The position numbers were made by a program, and so were the translations under genes. A stretch of 64,000 nt of DNA from the human T2T-CHM13v2.0 reference genome, Homo sapiens: assembly GCF_009914755.1 (NCBI RefSeq), contig NC_060934.1; one strand, 5' to 3'. Below, in pieces: positions 12,901-26,019 of the stretch (the first letter of the stretch is position 1; each line of letters starts with the position of its first letter). The notes under the pieces were generated by a model that was not told the origin of the DNA, ran no database searches, and saw only the letters and a program-made list of their open reading frames with translations.

Positions 12901-14374
12901 GCTGGCGCCAAAGCCTGGGAGCTTTTGGCCCATTAGATCTCTGGCAAACCCTCCCTGGGGCACCTCCTGGCTGCCTCACTTACTCCAAAACATGCACTGA
13001 CTGATGATGTGTGTGTCGGCCTTGCTAAACCTGGACCTGTGATGTGCCAGGATCAGGGTCCCCAGCAGTGCCAGGCTGCCCCCCAACCTGGCCTGGTCCC
13101 CACCCTGCCAGGAGCGGGGGCGCTGGAGCCACCAGCACCCCGGGCACATCCCACCACCACCGCCATTGCCATCGGTACTCAGGGTCTATGCCTACAGTGG
13201 GTGGGCCGCCTGCCCCACTCTGTGAGGGTCTGGGCTCCTCCCACCAGGACATCGGGAATGAGGCTCCCCTCCCCAGGAGGCTCCCCCAGGATGCAGCAGG
13301 TGATTCCTGGTTTCCTTGGGGGACCATCTTGTGGGGGTCCTCACCTTACCCTGCGGGGAGGGCTCAGCAGGGAGTCAGGCGCAATTTGTAAGTGAAGTGC
13401 TTGTTTGAGTGTATGGGAGGCAGGCACCATGATTACAAGATTCCCCATGCAAATGCACATCTTTTGCTAAACCTTCAGTGGGCCCTTTGCCTTAGTGAGG
13501 ATTTTGCCCCCCTCCTGGATAGTAGACAGTGCTAGGTAGCCCGCCCAGGGGCTGCCCCACCCAGAGAAGGCCGTTGGGATGTGGCAGTGGGCCACGTCAC
13601 AGGGAAGAAACTGCCCGCCTTGGGGAGGGTAGAGGGCTGAGTGTGCCCACTTGGCTTGAAGACTCAGCCACCCTCAGGGAGGAAAGAAGGAGGGGCACTG
13701 CTCCTGATGGGATAAGAACCTGCATGGGGTGGCAGAGGAGGGGGAAGGAGGTTAGGGGCCTCCTCCCTTCCACCCAGCATGCAGCAAGGACAGACTTCAC
13801 CCCATCTCCCTCCTGAGCTCCATCAGGACCGGTCAGATAGTGGAGGCAGCTGCGCCTCCTTTGCCGCTCACCCTTCCCATCTTACACACCCTTCCCCATC
13901 TTCTGACCCTGCCAGTCCAGAGCTGCATTCTCAGACCAGTAAAAAGAGCCCTCCGGGATCCCACCTGCACTGAGAGGCATCGTGGAGGGGGAGAAATGAG
14001 GTAGGGGCCACCCCCACCTACTGGATGTCACTCACTGGCAGGGGAGCACAAGCGAGGGGAGCCGATGGCCTGCAGAAGACAATGGGGCCACTGCACCCTC
14101 AGCTGGTGGAGCGTGCTGGGACCCGACCCTGAGGGCACCACCCCAGCATGGGGCTGGGGGACCTGTATGGAGCTGAGAGGAGGAGTGCCTGCCCCAGGCA
14201 GCCCCCAGTCCTTCCATCCCCCTTTGGCTCCCATTTCTCTAACACCCCTGTCCTGGTGACATGTGTCCCTCGCTCATGCTCCCTCTTCCCACGCCAGGGC
14301 TACAGTGCTCTCTCCAAGCTGGTGCTGCAGTCCCAGGCGCTGGACGACCCGCCTCAGCGCCTCCATCCCCACTG

Positions 14375-14502
14375 CACCTAGGCCCTCCCAGCTCTGTGGA
14401 AGAAGGCTGGGTGACCAGCCACTGCCCAGCCCCTCTACCACACCTAGGTCCTCCCAGCTCTGTGGAAGAAGGCCGGGTGACCGGCCATTGCCCAACCCCT
14501 CT
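14375..14502. repeat. Tandem duplication with 66-bp period (2 copies)
   Basis: CACCTAGGYCCTCCCAGCTCTGTGGAAGAAGGCYGGGTGACC...CCCCTCT at 14375 and 14441. Confidence 0.93.
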
Positions 14503-17142
14503 GGACGTCATCTATCCACAATGTGCAGGCAAGTGACACCTGCCTGGGAGAGTCTGGGGCTTAGTCTCCACCATTTCTGAGATTCTAGTGCCTGCTAGAG
14601 GGACTAGAGCCAGGACTCTGACTCTGCCCAGGTTGGCCCCAGGCCTGCCCTCAACAGCAGGTGCGCCACATCAGAGCCCCTTCCCACAACCGGGCTGCAT
14701 CCACCTCCTACTCCCTGACCCAGGGCAGGAAGGGTTCTCCCCCAACCACCCAGCCAACACTCAGATGTCCTCCCCATCCCCAAATCCCAGCTCTCAGACT
14801 GTCCTGACTGAGCTGAAACGTGTCTCCCTTAACTCCAGGGAGCCCTTGTCCCATCTGCTGAGGCCATGCACAGCAGATGGGCAGGGGGCAGCTGCAGGCC
14901 CAGGCTGGATCTAGGCATGGGCTGGGCGTCCAATGGGAAGGGAGTGGGCCCCACCCCAGCTGGGAGCCGGCACCCTCCTCTGTGAGATGCCACCTCCAGC
15001 ACCTGCTTCCCAGGCGACCGTGAGCACTAAGTGAAGCCACAAAGCTCAGGACAGGCTCAATGCCTGGTGGGTTCTGATGGCATCGGCACTGCAGAGCACT
15101 AGCGGTCCTATAGGTTTCCCAGCTGCCTCCCTAGACACACAGCTCTTGGGAGCTGGTGCTGCCCCCTCCCTCATCCCACTTCTGGGTCCTTCTCACCTCC
15201 CATGCAAGGGACAGCCAGTGCACCTGCTGCAGACAGCAACAAGTGAGGAGAAGCTGCCTCCTGCTTCTAGGCAGGTGGACCCGTTGACCTGGTTGCACTG
15301 TCCTGTCCCAGGCATGGGGGACTCAGAGCTGGCTCTGGTCTAGGGATGGGGGGCGTTGGGGGTGACACTCCCCTGCAGGTCAGGCTCTCCAGTCCTCACC
15401 CTCCTCTCTCTCAACCCTTGTTCCCTCTGCAGCAGCACAGTCCTTGGGAGCACATGCTGGCCCCATTCCTGCAGCAGGGCAGGGAACTCCCTGCAGCCCC
15501 TGCCTCTCCATCCTCCAGGCCAGGCAGGCATCAGAGGGCAGGGGCCACGCTGTTTCACATAAGCCAAACTTCAAGTACTGCGAAGAAGGGCCGGATTTAC
15601 CTTTGTGAACCTTCCGGGCTGGCCAGGGCAGTCTCAGGGCCTGGCCAAGGGCCTCAGGCCGGACTCCAACAAGGAGGCGGCTGCCATGGGAACCAGCACG
15701 ACAGCGCCTCACAGGGCGCCCGCTCCAGAGGCCTGGCCACAGGCGCGACGCGGATAATTAAAGCTTTGTTACAGACACATGATTCATTTTTTCCTTCTGA
15801 ATTCCCTTCTATTACCCAATACAATTTGAATTGACTGAAGGAATCTGGTCGTCTCCTCTTCACGCTCCTCAGATTCTGCCCAGTCTGGGTTTCTGCCTCT
15901 CCCTTTTCCCTTTCTGTCCAGTCAGCTTCTTCTGGGCCTGCTCAGGGCATAGAACATCATTGTCCACCAAGAACCATTCCATTCTTGAGACTCAAGAGGC
16001 CCAAGGATGCAGCAGGTGGGACTTCAGAGAATCCCTGCCCTTTCCCGGCAGGCGCTGGCAGCCTGGCCTCCCACTCCAGCCGCCTGGGGAGCCCTGCTCC
16101 CCCCTCCCCTTGGCCTCGCTCCCTCTTCGGCCAACGCCATCAGATTCTGCAGGGGTAACGAGAGCCTCCTGTAGATGGGTGGGCAGCCCTGTGCCTCCCA
16201 GGGACAGAGCTGGGCACAGGCTTGGATGGGGTCATGTGCAAACTCACGCAACCTTGGTAGCCAGTTCTGTCCTTTCCAGGGAGACCCCTAGGGTGCCACG
16301 GAGGAGGGGGCTGGGAAGCAGTGTGCAGATTCCACCCCAAGTGAAATCACCCCTCTGGGGTCCCTGTCCTAGATGGGTTGTCCACTGATGATGACAGGAC
16401 AGAGCAGGGTGTCCTGCTGCTCATCAGTTCTGGGCAGTGGCCAGGGCGCCTGCTGGCTCCAGTAGGAAGGCACCAGCAATCTGTCCTGCCCAGGCCCACC
16501 CGGGCACACTGCCCACATCCAGCCAGCCCTGGAGTCAGCCCCGAAGCAGCAGCCCATGACCAAGAGAGAGGGACAGTGAGCGGGCAGGGTCAGGGCTGAG
16601 GGCCTCCAGAGGCAGGAAGGGATGGCCAGCCGCGTAGGCCACACACAGACCTGTCCCGGGTGAGCTGCACCTCCGCCCTCTACAGCCACCTAGGGTGCTG
16701 GGATATGGAATAAAAGACATATGGTTCTTTTACTTTTAAATGATAACTAATTACGCTGAGCAAAGATTTTTCCTTTGTGTTCCAAAACAAATAAAAATCC
16801 ATTTCCCTCACTTGAATTGTCCTCCTGGCAGATGGCTGTGGGAGCAGGGAGCTCTCTCTGGGCCAGTCATGGGGGTAGGGGAAGGGGGCACCCAGCCCCC
16901 TGCTGGGTCACAGAGCCATGGGCATGCTCAGTCTGGCAGCCTCTGGGAAACAGCACCCAGACACACGTCCTGACTGCCACCCCCATGCCGTGGACACAGG
17001 CAGCTCTTCTGTCACATGCTGTGCGTCTGTCCCCTGGCCCTGGGGGCTGGTAACCGGTGGTTAGACACTGACCAGCCCCAAGAGTACCAGTGCACAGGAA
17101 TGTGTAATAATGTGTTGTGGTCCTTAGGGTCTCAAAATAAAC

Positions 17143-17428
17143 GGCCAGGCACAATGGCTCACACCTGTAATCCTGGCACTTTAGGAAGCCGAGGTGGAGG
17201 ATCGCTTGAGCCCAGGAGTTCAAGACCAGCCTGGGCAACATAGGGAGATCCCTGTCTCTACAGAAAAATTAGCCAGGGGCAGTGGCATACACCTGTAATC
17301 CCAGCTACTCAGGAGGCTGAGGTAGGGGGATTGCTTGAGCCCAGGAGGTAAAGGATGCAGTGTGCCAAGATCATACCACTGCATCCCTGGGTGACAGAGC
17401 CTGGGCAACAGAGCAAGACCCTATCTCA
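17143..17428 (+). mobile_element. Alu, AluJ-type, lacking A tail
   Basis: J-type dimer ending ...CCCTATCTCA directly against the next Alu. Confidence 0.92.
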
Positions 17429-18266
<838 letters not shown>

Positions 18267-18878
18267 TCAGTTAGTGCCACCAGGCTGATTCGAACCTAAG
18301 CCAGACACAGCCGTCTCCATGCCTCCCCAGGGTGGCCCTCCTGCTGCTCCCCCCTTCTCCAGATGAAGGAACAGAGGCCCAAAGGGCCTCAGTCACCAGC
18401 GCCAGTCTGGGAAACTGGTGGAGCTGGGATTGGAACCCTGTCTGATGTGCTACCCAGGGCAACCAGCACAGGGCTCCGGAGAAGGAGAATGGTGTGAGGT
18501 GACAGCAGGGGGAGCCAGCCAGGCCTGTGGGATGGACAGGGCCTGACCCAGGAGGAGCTGCCCCTGCTGCATTTGCAGGCTAGGCTGCAAGCGCAGGGCA
18601 GCGAGGTGGGGTGGGGGAAATCAGGCCAGGGTCCAAGGGGCCCGTGCTGCATTCTAGCCCCTGCAAAACTGCCCACAAGCCTCACCACCAATGAGTGGCG
18701 TAGGCAGAGGGCCTCCCACCTGCTGGGCCCTGTGACACCATCTGGGGGCCTCTGAGGCCCTGCTCTCCACTTCCCAGATGAGATACAGGTGTGGGGCTGA
18801 GGACAGGGCACAGCTGGAAGCCGCCCAGGCCTCCTGCCTGCAAGTTGGCCCTTCCTGTCCGTGTGGCCCGGGCACATA

Positions 18879-19177
18879 CAGTCATGCGTCCATTCGCGAC
18901 GGGGATACCTCCTGAGAAATGCATCTTAGGCGATTTCGTCGTTGTGCAAACCCCAGAGTGACTTACACAGACCAGGATGGCACAGCCCACTACACACCCA
19001 GGCTCCGTGGTACAGCCTATTGCTCCCGGGATCCCAACCTGCACAGTGTGTGACTGCACTGAATATACTGGAGGCAACTGTAACACAACGGTAAGGATTT
19101 CTACAGCTAAACATAGAAAAAGCACAGTGACAATATCATATTATGAATCTCAGGGGACCACTATGTGGTGCATGACG
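18879..19177 (-). mobile_element. Tigger3a (MER7A/Golem) DNA transposon
   Basis: TA followed by terminal repeat CAGTCATGCG, then GGGGATAC...TGAGAAATGCATCTTAGGCGATTTCGTCGTTGTG, matching the Tigger3a end as I recall it. Confidence 0.85.
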
Positions 19178-19181
19178 CTGT

Positions 19182-19853
19182 CTTTTTTCCCAGCACACCC
19201 TCCTAACACTCTCAGAATCTCCAAAGTGGTAAGTGTCTTCTGTGTGCTGATGGACTTCTGGACAGCCTGGCTGGGGGCTGGTTGTCAGGGGAACCAACCA
19301 TGTGATGAAAGGGTGGGGACTTTCACTCCCACCCCCAGCTCTAGGGACAAGAGAGAGGCTGAAGGTTGGGTCCATCACCAATGGCCAATGATTCAGTCAG
19401 TCACACCCACATAATGAAGCCTCCACAAAATCCCAAAAGGAGCGGCTTCAGAGCTTCTGCGTAGGCAAGCAGGTGGAGGGCCCTGGAGTGCAGTGCCTGG
19501 GAGGACAGGGAAGCTCCACGCCCCTTCTCACATGCCTTGCCCTGAGCATCCCTTCCTCTTACTGTTCATCTGTGACCACTGTAAAAACCTGCATAGTAAG
19601 TGGGTAAATGGAAGCAAGTGCTTCCCTGAATTATGTGAGCTGCTCTAGCAAATTAATTGAATCTGAGAAAGGAGTCCCAGGAGTGGTGATTTGCTGGGTG
19701 GGTCAGAAGCACAGGCCACAACCTGAGACTTGCAAATGGCATCTGAAGTCGAGGGAGGGGGACAGCCTTGTGGGACCAAGCTCTCAACCTGTGAGATCTG
19801 ACTTCGCCTCCAATATTGTCCAAATTGAATTACAGGGCACCCAGCTGCTGTCT
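19182..19853 (+). mobile_element. MER21-type LTR
   Basis: ATCACCAATGGCCAATGATT, ATAATGAAGCCTCCA, TTCCCTGAATTATGTGAGCTGCTCTAGCAAATTAATTGAA and CACCCAGCTG motifs. Confidence 0.82.
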
Positions 19854-19949
19854 TAATGTTAGAGAATCTGGTATTAGAATGTTGTGCTAAATGGCTGAGA
19901 GTGGAGAGTAAGAAAAACACTTTATTGGTTTTTTTTTTATAACCCTATT

Positions 19950-21860
19950 AGAGGTAAACTCCCAAGAACACAAAGCTATGCCCAGGAAACACAGTGAGCA
20001 CCTCTTCATGCTAGATTCACAACCAGAAATTGCCCAGCAAGTGGTAGATGCCCAAGGGATGAAAATATTGCAGTGCATGCTCTCTGGACAGGGGACCAAG
20101 ATATGTGAAAAACTGTGTCTAGAAACAGAAAGGCACATTCTACTGTCCAGAGTCTCTGCCACATGGTCGTATGTTATACCACCAATGAAACCCAGTAAAG
20201 TCCCCAAATAGAAGTGTGCAGGTGAGAGAATGACATAAGCACAATGTACTATAGTTGGATATTAATATATAACTGATAAACAAAATACCCACTTCATAAA
20301 AAAAATCCCTAAATCACACCTGTGTTAAAGATTCAAATTCCAATTACAGATGTCAGAAAAATAACCTTTATAGGAAAACTCTGTATCGAATTTGATATGG
20401 CCAAAGCTGTACTCACAGAAAAGTTCATAGACTTCAATAATGTATTGAAGTAAACACTAAGCACTTGATTCAAAAAGCTTAAAAAAGAGCTTCTCAACAA
20501 AACAGTGAAACAAACTGGAAGAAGAAACTACTAAAAAGCAAATTAGATGACTTAATCAAAGAATAGAGTAGAACTCCTTATAAACTTCAAGAGCTGATTC
20601 TTTGAAAACACAGATTTCAAGGATAACCCTCTTGCAATTCTAATCAACAAAAGGAAAGAAGAAAGGGAGGGAGGGCCAGGCACCCTGGATCATGCCTGTA
20701 ATCCCAGCACTTTGGGGGGCTCTAGTGAGAACCTGTCTCTATTTCTTTAAAAAAATTATAAAAATTTATTTTAAAAAAGAAAGGGAGGGAGAGAAGAAGG
20801 AAGAAAGGAAGGACATGAAAAATACATTGGGCATGAAAAAAGGGAATCTAACTCCAGATATGTAGAAGAAAGTTTAAAACAAACAACTACCTAAATCTGT
20901 GGTAAATGATCTGCAAGAACTTTTAATGGTTACTTATATTATCTAGAAAATATAAGTAACCAAAAATAGAGTAAAACTGTTTAGAACCCAAAAAGACCAA
21001 TAACCATAGTACAAATTAAGTTGAGAGCCAACTAAGCCTCTGGAAAAAATAAAAGAAAGCCCTGGCTGAAATAGTTTCTAAAATGAATTATTTCAAGCCT
21101 TTGAGGATAAGATAATTTTATATGATATATAAACTATTTCAACTACACAATTCATATTGAAAAGCCTTCCTATTCATTTTATAAAGCTAAAATAGCATGA
21201 TTTATAAATGTGACAAATATGTCTCCTAGTAGAAAAGTATGCATAAATTCTTACCTCTGAAAATAGTGAAAAATACCCTCAGCAACATAGCAACACATCA
21301 GTAAAATGAACTCAGCAGCATTTTTAAGCACAATAGAGCCTGACCCAGTGGGCTTTATTCCAGGAACAAGAGGATGATTTAGCTCAGAAGAGTTAATAAG
21401 TCAACACATTAATAGGTCCAAGGAGGAAAGGCATTTGATGATTTTGCTAGATATAGGAAAGCCTTTGATGAAACTGAATATCCATTCCTGGTGTGCACTC
21501 TTGGCAATTAATGTAGGATTCCAGCACACTGTCCTTGATGACGAATACCTATTGGAAATATGGGCCAGTTTCAGACTTAGTAAAACATGAAAAGCCTCCT
21601 CATTAAAATGAAGATCAAGCCAAAGACAACTGCTATTATTTAATGTTACTTTGCACCTTTTAGAAAACATAATAAGATAAGAAAACTAAAGATACATTAG
21701 AAATAAAGAAGTTGGCTGTTCCTTATGTGTAAGTAATATAATTAATTTCTTGGATTTTCCAGGAAGCCAAACTAAAAATCTGTTCAAACTAGTAAGGTAT
21801 CAATAATCAATTACCTAACATAAACTTTTAAAAAATCAATAGCTTACTTATCTACCTCCC
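19950..21860 (+). mobile_element. Ancient L1M ORF2 remnant
   Basis: A-rich block with decayed ORF2 motifs (GAGCTGATTCTTTGAAAA, GACCCAGTGGGCTTTATTCCAGGAA, AAAATCAATAGCTT); no ORF. Confidence 0.65.
20674..20776 (+). mobile_element. Internally deleted Alu monomer (FLAM-like)
   Basis: Alu 5' end joined to AGTGAGAACCTGTCTCTA and an A-rich tail; 15-bp TSD AAGAAAGGGAGGGAG at 20659-20673 and 20777-20791. Confidence 0.8.
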
Positions 21861-21934
21861 CTGGGCATATGTGTCTGCCCACAAGTCTGTGTGGAGCTGT
21901 TACAGAGATGCTCACACCAGTGGCAGTAGGGGAG

Positions 21935-22528
21935 GTGTGTCTGTGTGTCTCTGTATGTGTCTGTGTGTCTCTGCATATGTCTGTGTGTCTGTGTTTCTCT
22001 GTGTTAGTGTGTCTCTGTTTCTGCGTGTGTGTGCCTGCATGTGTCTATGTGTGTCTGTGTCTCTGTATGTGTCTGTGTGTGTGTCTTTGTGTCTCTGTGT
22101 CTGTGTGTGTCTCTGTGTCTGTGTGTGTGCATGTGCCTGCATGTGTCTGTGTGTGTGTGCATGTCTGTGTGTGGGGGTCTGTGGGGGGGGGGGTCTCTGT
22201 GTCTGTGTGTTTCTGTGTGTCTGTGTCTTTGTGTGTGTCTGTGTGTCTGTGTCTCTGTGTCTGTGTCTCTGCATGTGTCTGTGTGTCTCTCTACGTCTGT
22301 GTCTCTGCATGTGTCTGTGTCTGTGTGTGTGCCTGCATGTGTCTCTGTGTCTGTGTCTCTGTATGTGTCTGTGTTTGTGTGTCTCTGTGTCTGTGTGCCT
22401 GCGTGTCTCTGTGTCTGTGTCTCTGCATGTCTCTGTGTGTCTGTGTGTCTCTGTGTCTGTGTGCACCTATGTGTGTCTCTGTGTGTGGGTGTCTGTGTAT
22501 GGGTGTGTGTGTGTGTGTGTGTGTGTGT
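21935..22528. repeat. Compound (TG)n/(TGTC)n/(TC)n low-complexity tract, about 590 bp
   Basis: Continuous TGTGTC/TCTGTG/GCATGT units, an internal G12 run, ends in pure TG. Confidence 0.97.
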
Positions 22529-23085
22529 CCACGGATCTCTCAGCTCTCTAAGCTCCACTACCATCCCCCAGGAACACGATGTCCACAGTGGGCCTGCTCT
22601 GCCAACCAGCTCAGCTACCCTGAAGCCACTTTTCCTGGTCACCCACCCAAAACACCACACCACTGCCCCCTCAGGCTGGGCACTCTAGGAACATGCCAGT
22701 CCCTGTTTTAAGGACATCTGTTGTATGTGGCCCCAGGGAGGTCCCCAGAGAAGTCATACTCAGGTTGGGGCCAGAGTTGAAGGCTGAGCCTCCTCACCCA
22801 CGGGGAGGGGGAGAGAGAGGAGGGCGGCGCTCTGACGCATACTTACCGGCCCAAGGCTGGGCAGGGGTGGCTGGCGGCAGTCACAGTGACATTTGGGAAA
22901 TGCCAGGGGCTGGGTCCCAGCCCGGAAGGCGGGTGTGGGCGGTGACAGGGGTGGGGGCTGGGTTATTCCCCGAGGCTGAGACCACAAGACACCAGCTTTG
23001 CCAACAAAACTCCACTTGGCCAGTGGTGCCAGGGGCCGCAGGGCCAGGGCCCAGCCAGCAGCAGGGGCCAGAAGAAGAAACAGAG

Positions 23086-23385
<300 letters not shown>

Positions 23386-25599
23386 AAGAAACAGAGAAGC
23401 TGAGGGGATCTTGGCTGCCATCCTCCTCCGAGATCCACGCCATCCATGGGCTCCCACCTGACTGTCCCCGGGTTCCCTCAGGAGCCCCCACGCCTCGTGT
23501 CCCATCTGCCTCTGAACTCCCATTGTCCTGGAACCCACAGGGACCCAGGCAGCCCAGAACCCACACAGTGGAGCCCTCATGACCCAGGAACCAGCTCTGA
23601 CCCCTGACCTCCTGGCTGACCTCAGGCAAGACACAGCCCCTCTGGACCTCAATTTCCCCAGATGTAAAACAAGAAGTAGAGAGCCTGTACAGGCCACTTC
23701 CCGCCCTCATCTTTGTTCCTTCCTTTCTTCCTTCCTCCTTCCTTCCAGAACTTGTTCAGTCAAGTCAGCATCCCTTGAGGCCTTTGTGGCCTATGCCACA
23801 CACTCAGAACGGAACAGCCCATGGACCTTAGTGTCTGTGGGAAGACAGACACAACTCCATGGCATGGCATGATCTCTTCAGGATTGGGGGTCTGTGCCGG
23901 GTGTCGTGGAGGCACGGAGGTGGGGAACTAACTCTGTAGGGAGTAGTCAGGGAGGGCTTCATGAAGGAGGTGATTCTGAGATCAGCTTCCAAGGATAACC
24001 AGGGGTTTTCCAGTGGGTTAAGGGGGAAAAGGGAGGTTGACATGACAGTTTGGTCTCCTTCCTCTGGTCACTCACCAGCAGTTCCCTGGAGGGCGAGGTC
24101 CAAGAGCCCAAAGGTGTGGGAGATGCAGGCAGCTTCCCCTGCACTAAGTCAATCCTCATGCATCCCACCAATGCCAGTGTGAGACTCTCTCCCCCAGGCA
24201 GCCCTTCCTGACTGCCTGCCCCCCCGACAGATGGCACTGCTGCAGCCCATGTGTCTGTGAGTATGTGACCCTGGGTTGTGCTGTCCCCAGTGCCCCCTGC
24301 ATCCTGGCCAGGCCTGGACCCCCAATGCACAGAGGTGGTGGGCTAACATGAGAGGCCATGGCTCTGCTCTCCTTCCCCTGGCCTGTGCCCCGCTGAGGGC
24401 TAGAGTCCTCATCCCACCTCTCCTGGGGAAGCTGAAAGAAGGTGGCTCAAGCTAGCAGGCCCAGCAAGATGGGCTTTGGGCCTGGGAAGGCTGGGGCCCA
24501 GGGCTGTACTGTCCTGAGCCAGCAGGTGCAGGTGTGGGTAGGGTGGCCAGGAGGCAGGGCAGCAAGGAGCCTGCAGGGTGGAGCAAGCCAGGCTCTGCAT
24601 GAGCACATGCAGCCTAGACCTCTCCCTGGACTCTAGACTGCCCACACCACTGCCAGGCAACACCTCTGGGGTGGGAAGTGTTGAACTGTCCCTGCTCCCA
24701 CCTGCTGTGCCTGCCATCTTGCCCACCTCTAAGGGCAACACCCTCCTTCCTGCGCCAGCCTGACCTTCCCCATCTCAATGAAAACAGCCTACCCACCAGC
24801 ACGGCCTCCAGGTGTTGCCTTCAGAATACCCCCAGAATCAGTCCTTCCCTCCTCCTCCTTCTCTGCCATCTCCCAAGGCTGGGATTCTCATCTGTCCCCG
24901 GACCACTGGGGTGGCACTCTGCTAGCTTCACCCCTCCCAGCAGCAGCCAGCAATGCCATGGCAGCCCCACGGGGAGCACATCCTGCTCCACCACCTCCCA
25001 CTGCAGCCCCGTCACCCCCACTGGCTCCCCCAGCCACGCCACCTCGCTGGCCTCACTGTCCCACCTCCTCTTGGGCTCTGCTCCTGATGCCCCAGTCTCC
25101 AATCTGGCCCCAACATGCAGGCAGCTTCCACTTCAAAGCTCTGCCCTGGCCTTTTCCTGGTATGCCCCCCGCATAGCTCCCTCCCTCCCCTCCTTCAGCA
25201 GGTCCTGTGCACACGTCTCCTCTGGCCACCATACCTAAGGCACAGACAGCCCCCTCCTTCACTGGTGGTCAGCACGCTGGGCACCAAGTGTGTCAGACCC
25301 CTGGTTGCTGGGGGAGCAGGACTGTCATTGGAGGTCCGAATGAAACGGGGTGGGGCCGTGGGGTCCACCTGTCTCACAGCAGTGACTGGAGTACTGGGCT
25401 GGGGCATTTAAATGCCAGTGCAGGGCCCTCCCCACTCCCCTACTATGTGACCCCGTCAGCCTGGGTCCCTGAATGAGGGTGGCCTGGACCAGGGCTGACA
25501 CCAGTGAGTGGAAACTGCACCATGTTGTGAGCTGAGGGACTTGGGGGCTGCTCTATCGCTGCAGAATGACCTGAACTACCCTCACCGATGAACTCCTCA

Positions 25600-25810
25600 C
25601 AGGCCCTGCTAGCTCTCCTACATTGCTTCTTCTCTAGCCCTCAGCACCAGGTAGCACTCCACCCATTTTACCTACACATTGTGCTTGTTCCTCTGCTGTG
25701 TGGGCACCGTGAGGACAACACTCTCCGTGCTGTGGTGTTTGGTTCCCTGCTGAACCGCAGTGCCTGCACACAGCAGGGGCCCGATAAATGCATGCTGAGT
25801 AAGTGAAAGA
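25600..25810 (+). mobile_element. L2 LINE 3' fragment
   Basis: CAGTGCCTGCACACAGCAGGGGCCCGATAAATGCATGCTGAGTAAGTGAA resembles the L2 terminus. Confidence 0.5.
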
Positions 25811-26019
25811 AGGAAGGGACAGATGAGTCCTGCATCTTTCACGTGGCCAGGGCTGGCCGGGGCTCAGCTCCACGCTGTGGGCACTCAGAACCCAGGGGGC
25901 TGCCGCACCCGAATCACACCGCCTTACGCCTCTGGGGATGGGTCTCCATAAACAGCGTGGGAAATGCCAGTGCTCCATGCTCAGGTCCTCTCCAGGACCA
26001 GTTCTCCGCCTGCACCCTA

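Noticed and set aside
15694-15709. REST/RE1-like CAGCAC-GACAGCGCC
   Set aside because: Half-sites are truncated and the spacing does not fit the canonical 21-bp element.
21869-22711. Cys/Val-rich and His/Thr-rich ORFs of 184-280 aa
   Set aside because: Translations of the TG/TC low-complexity tract.
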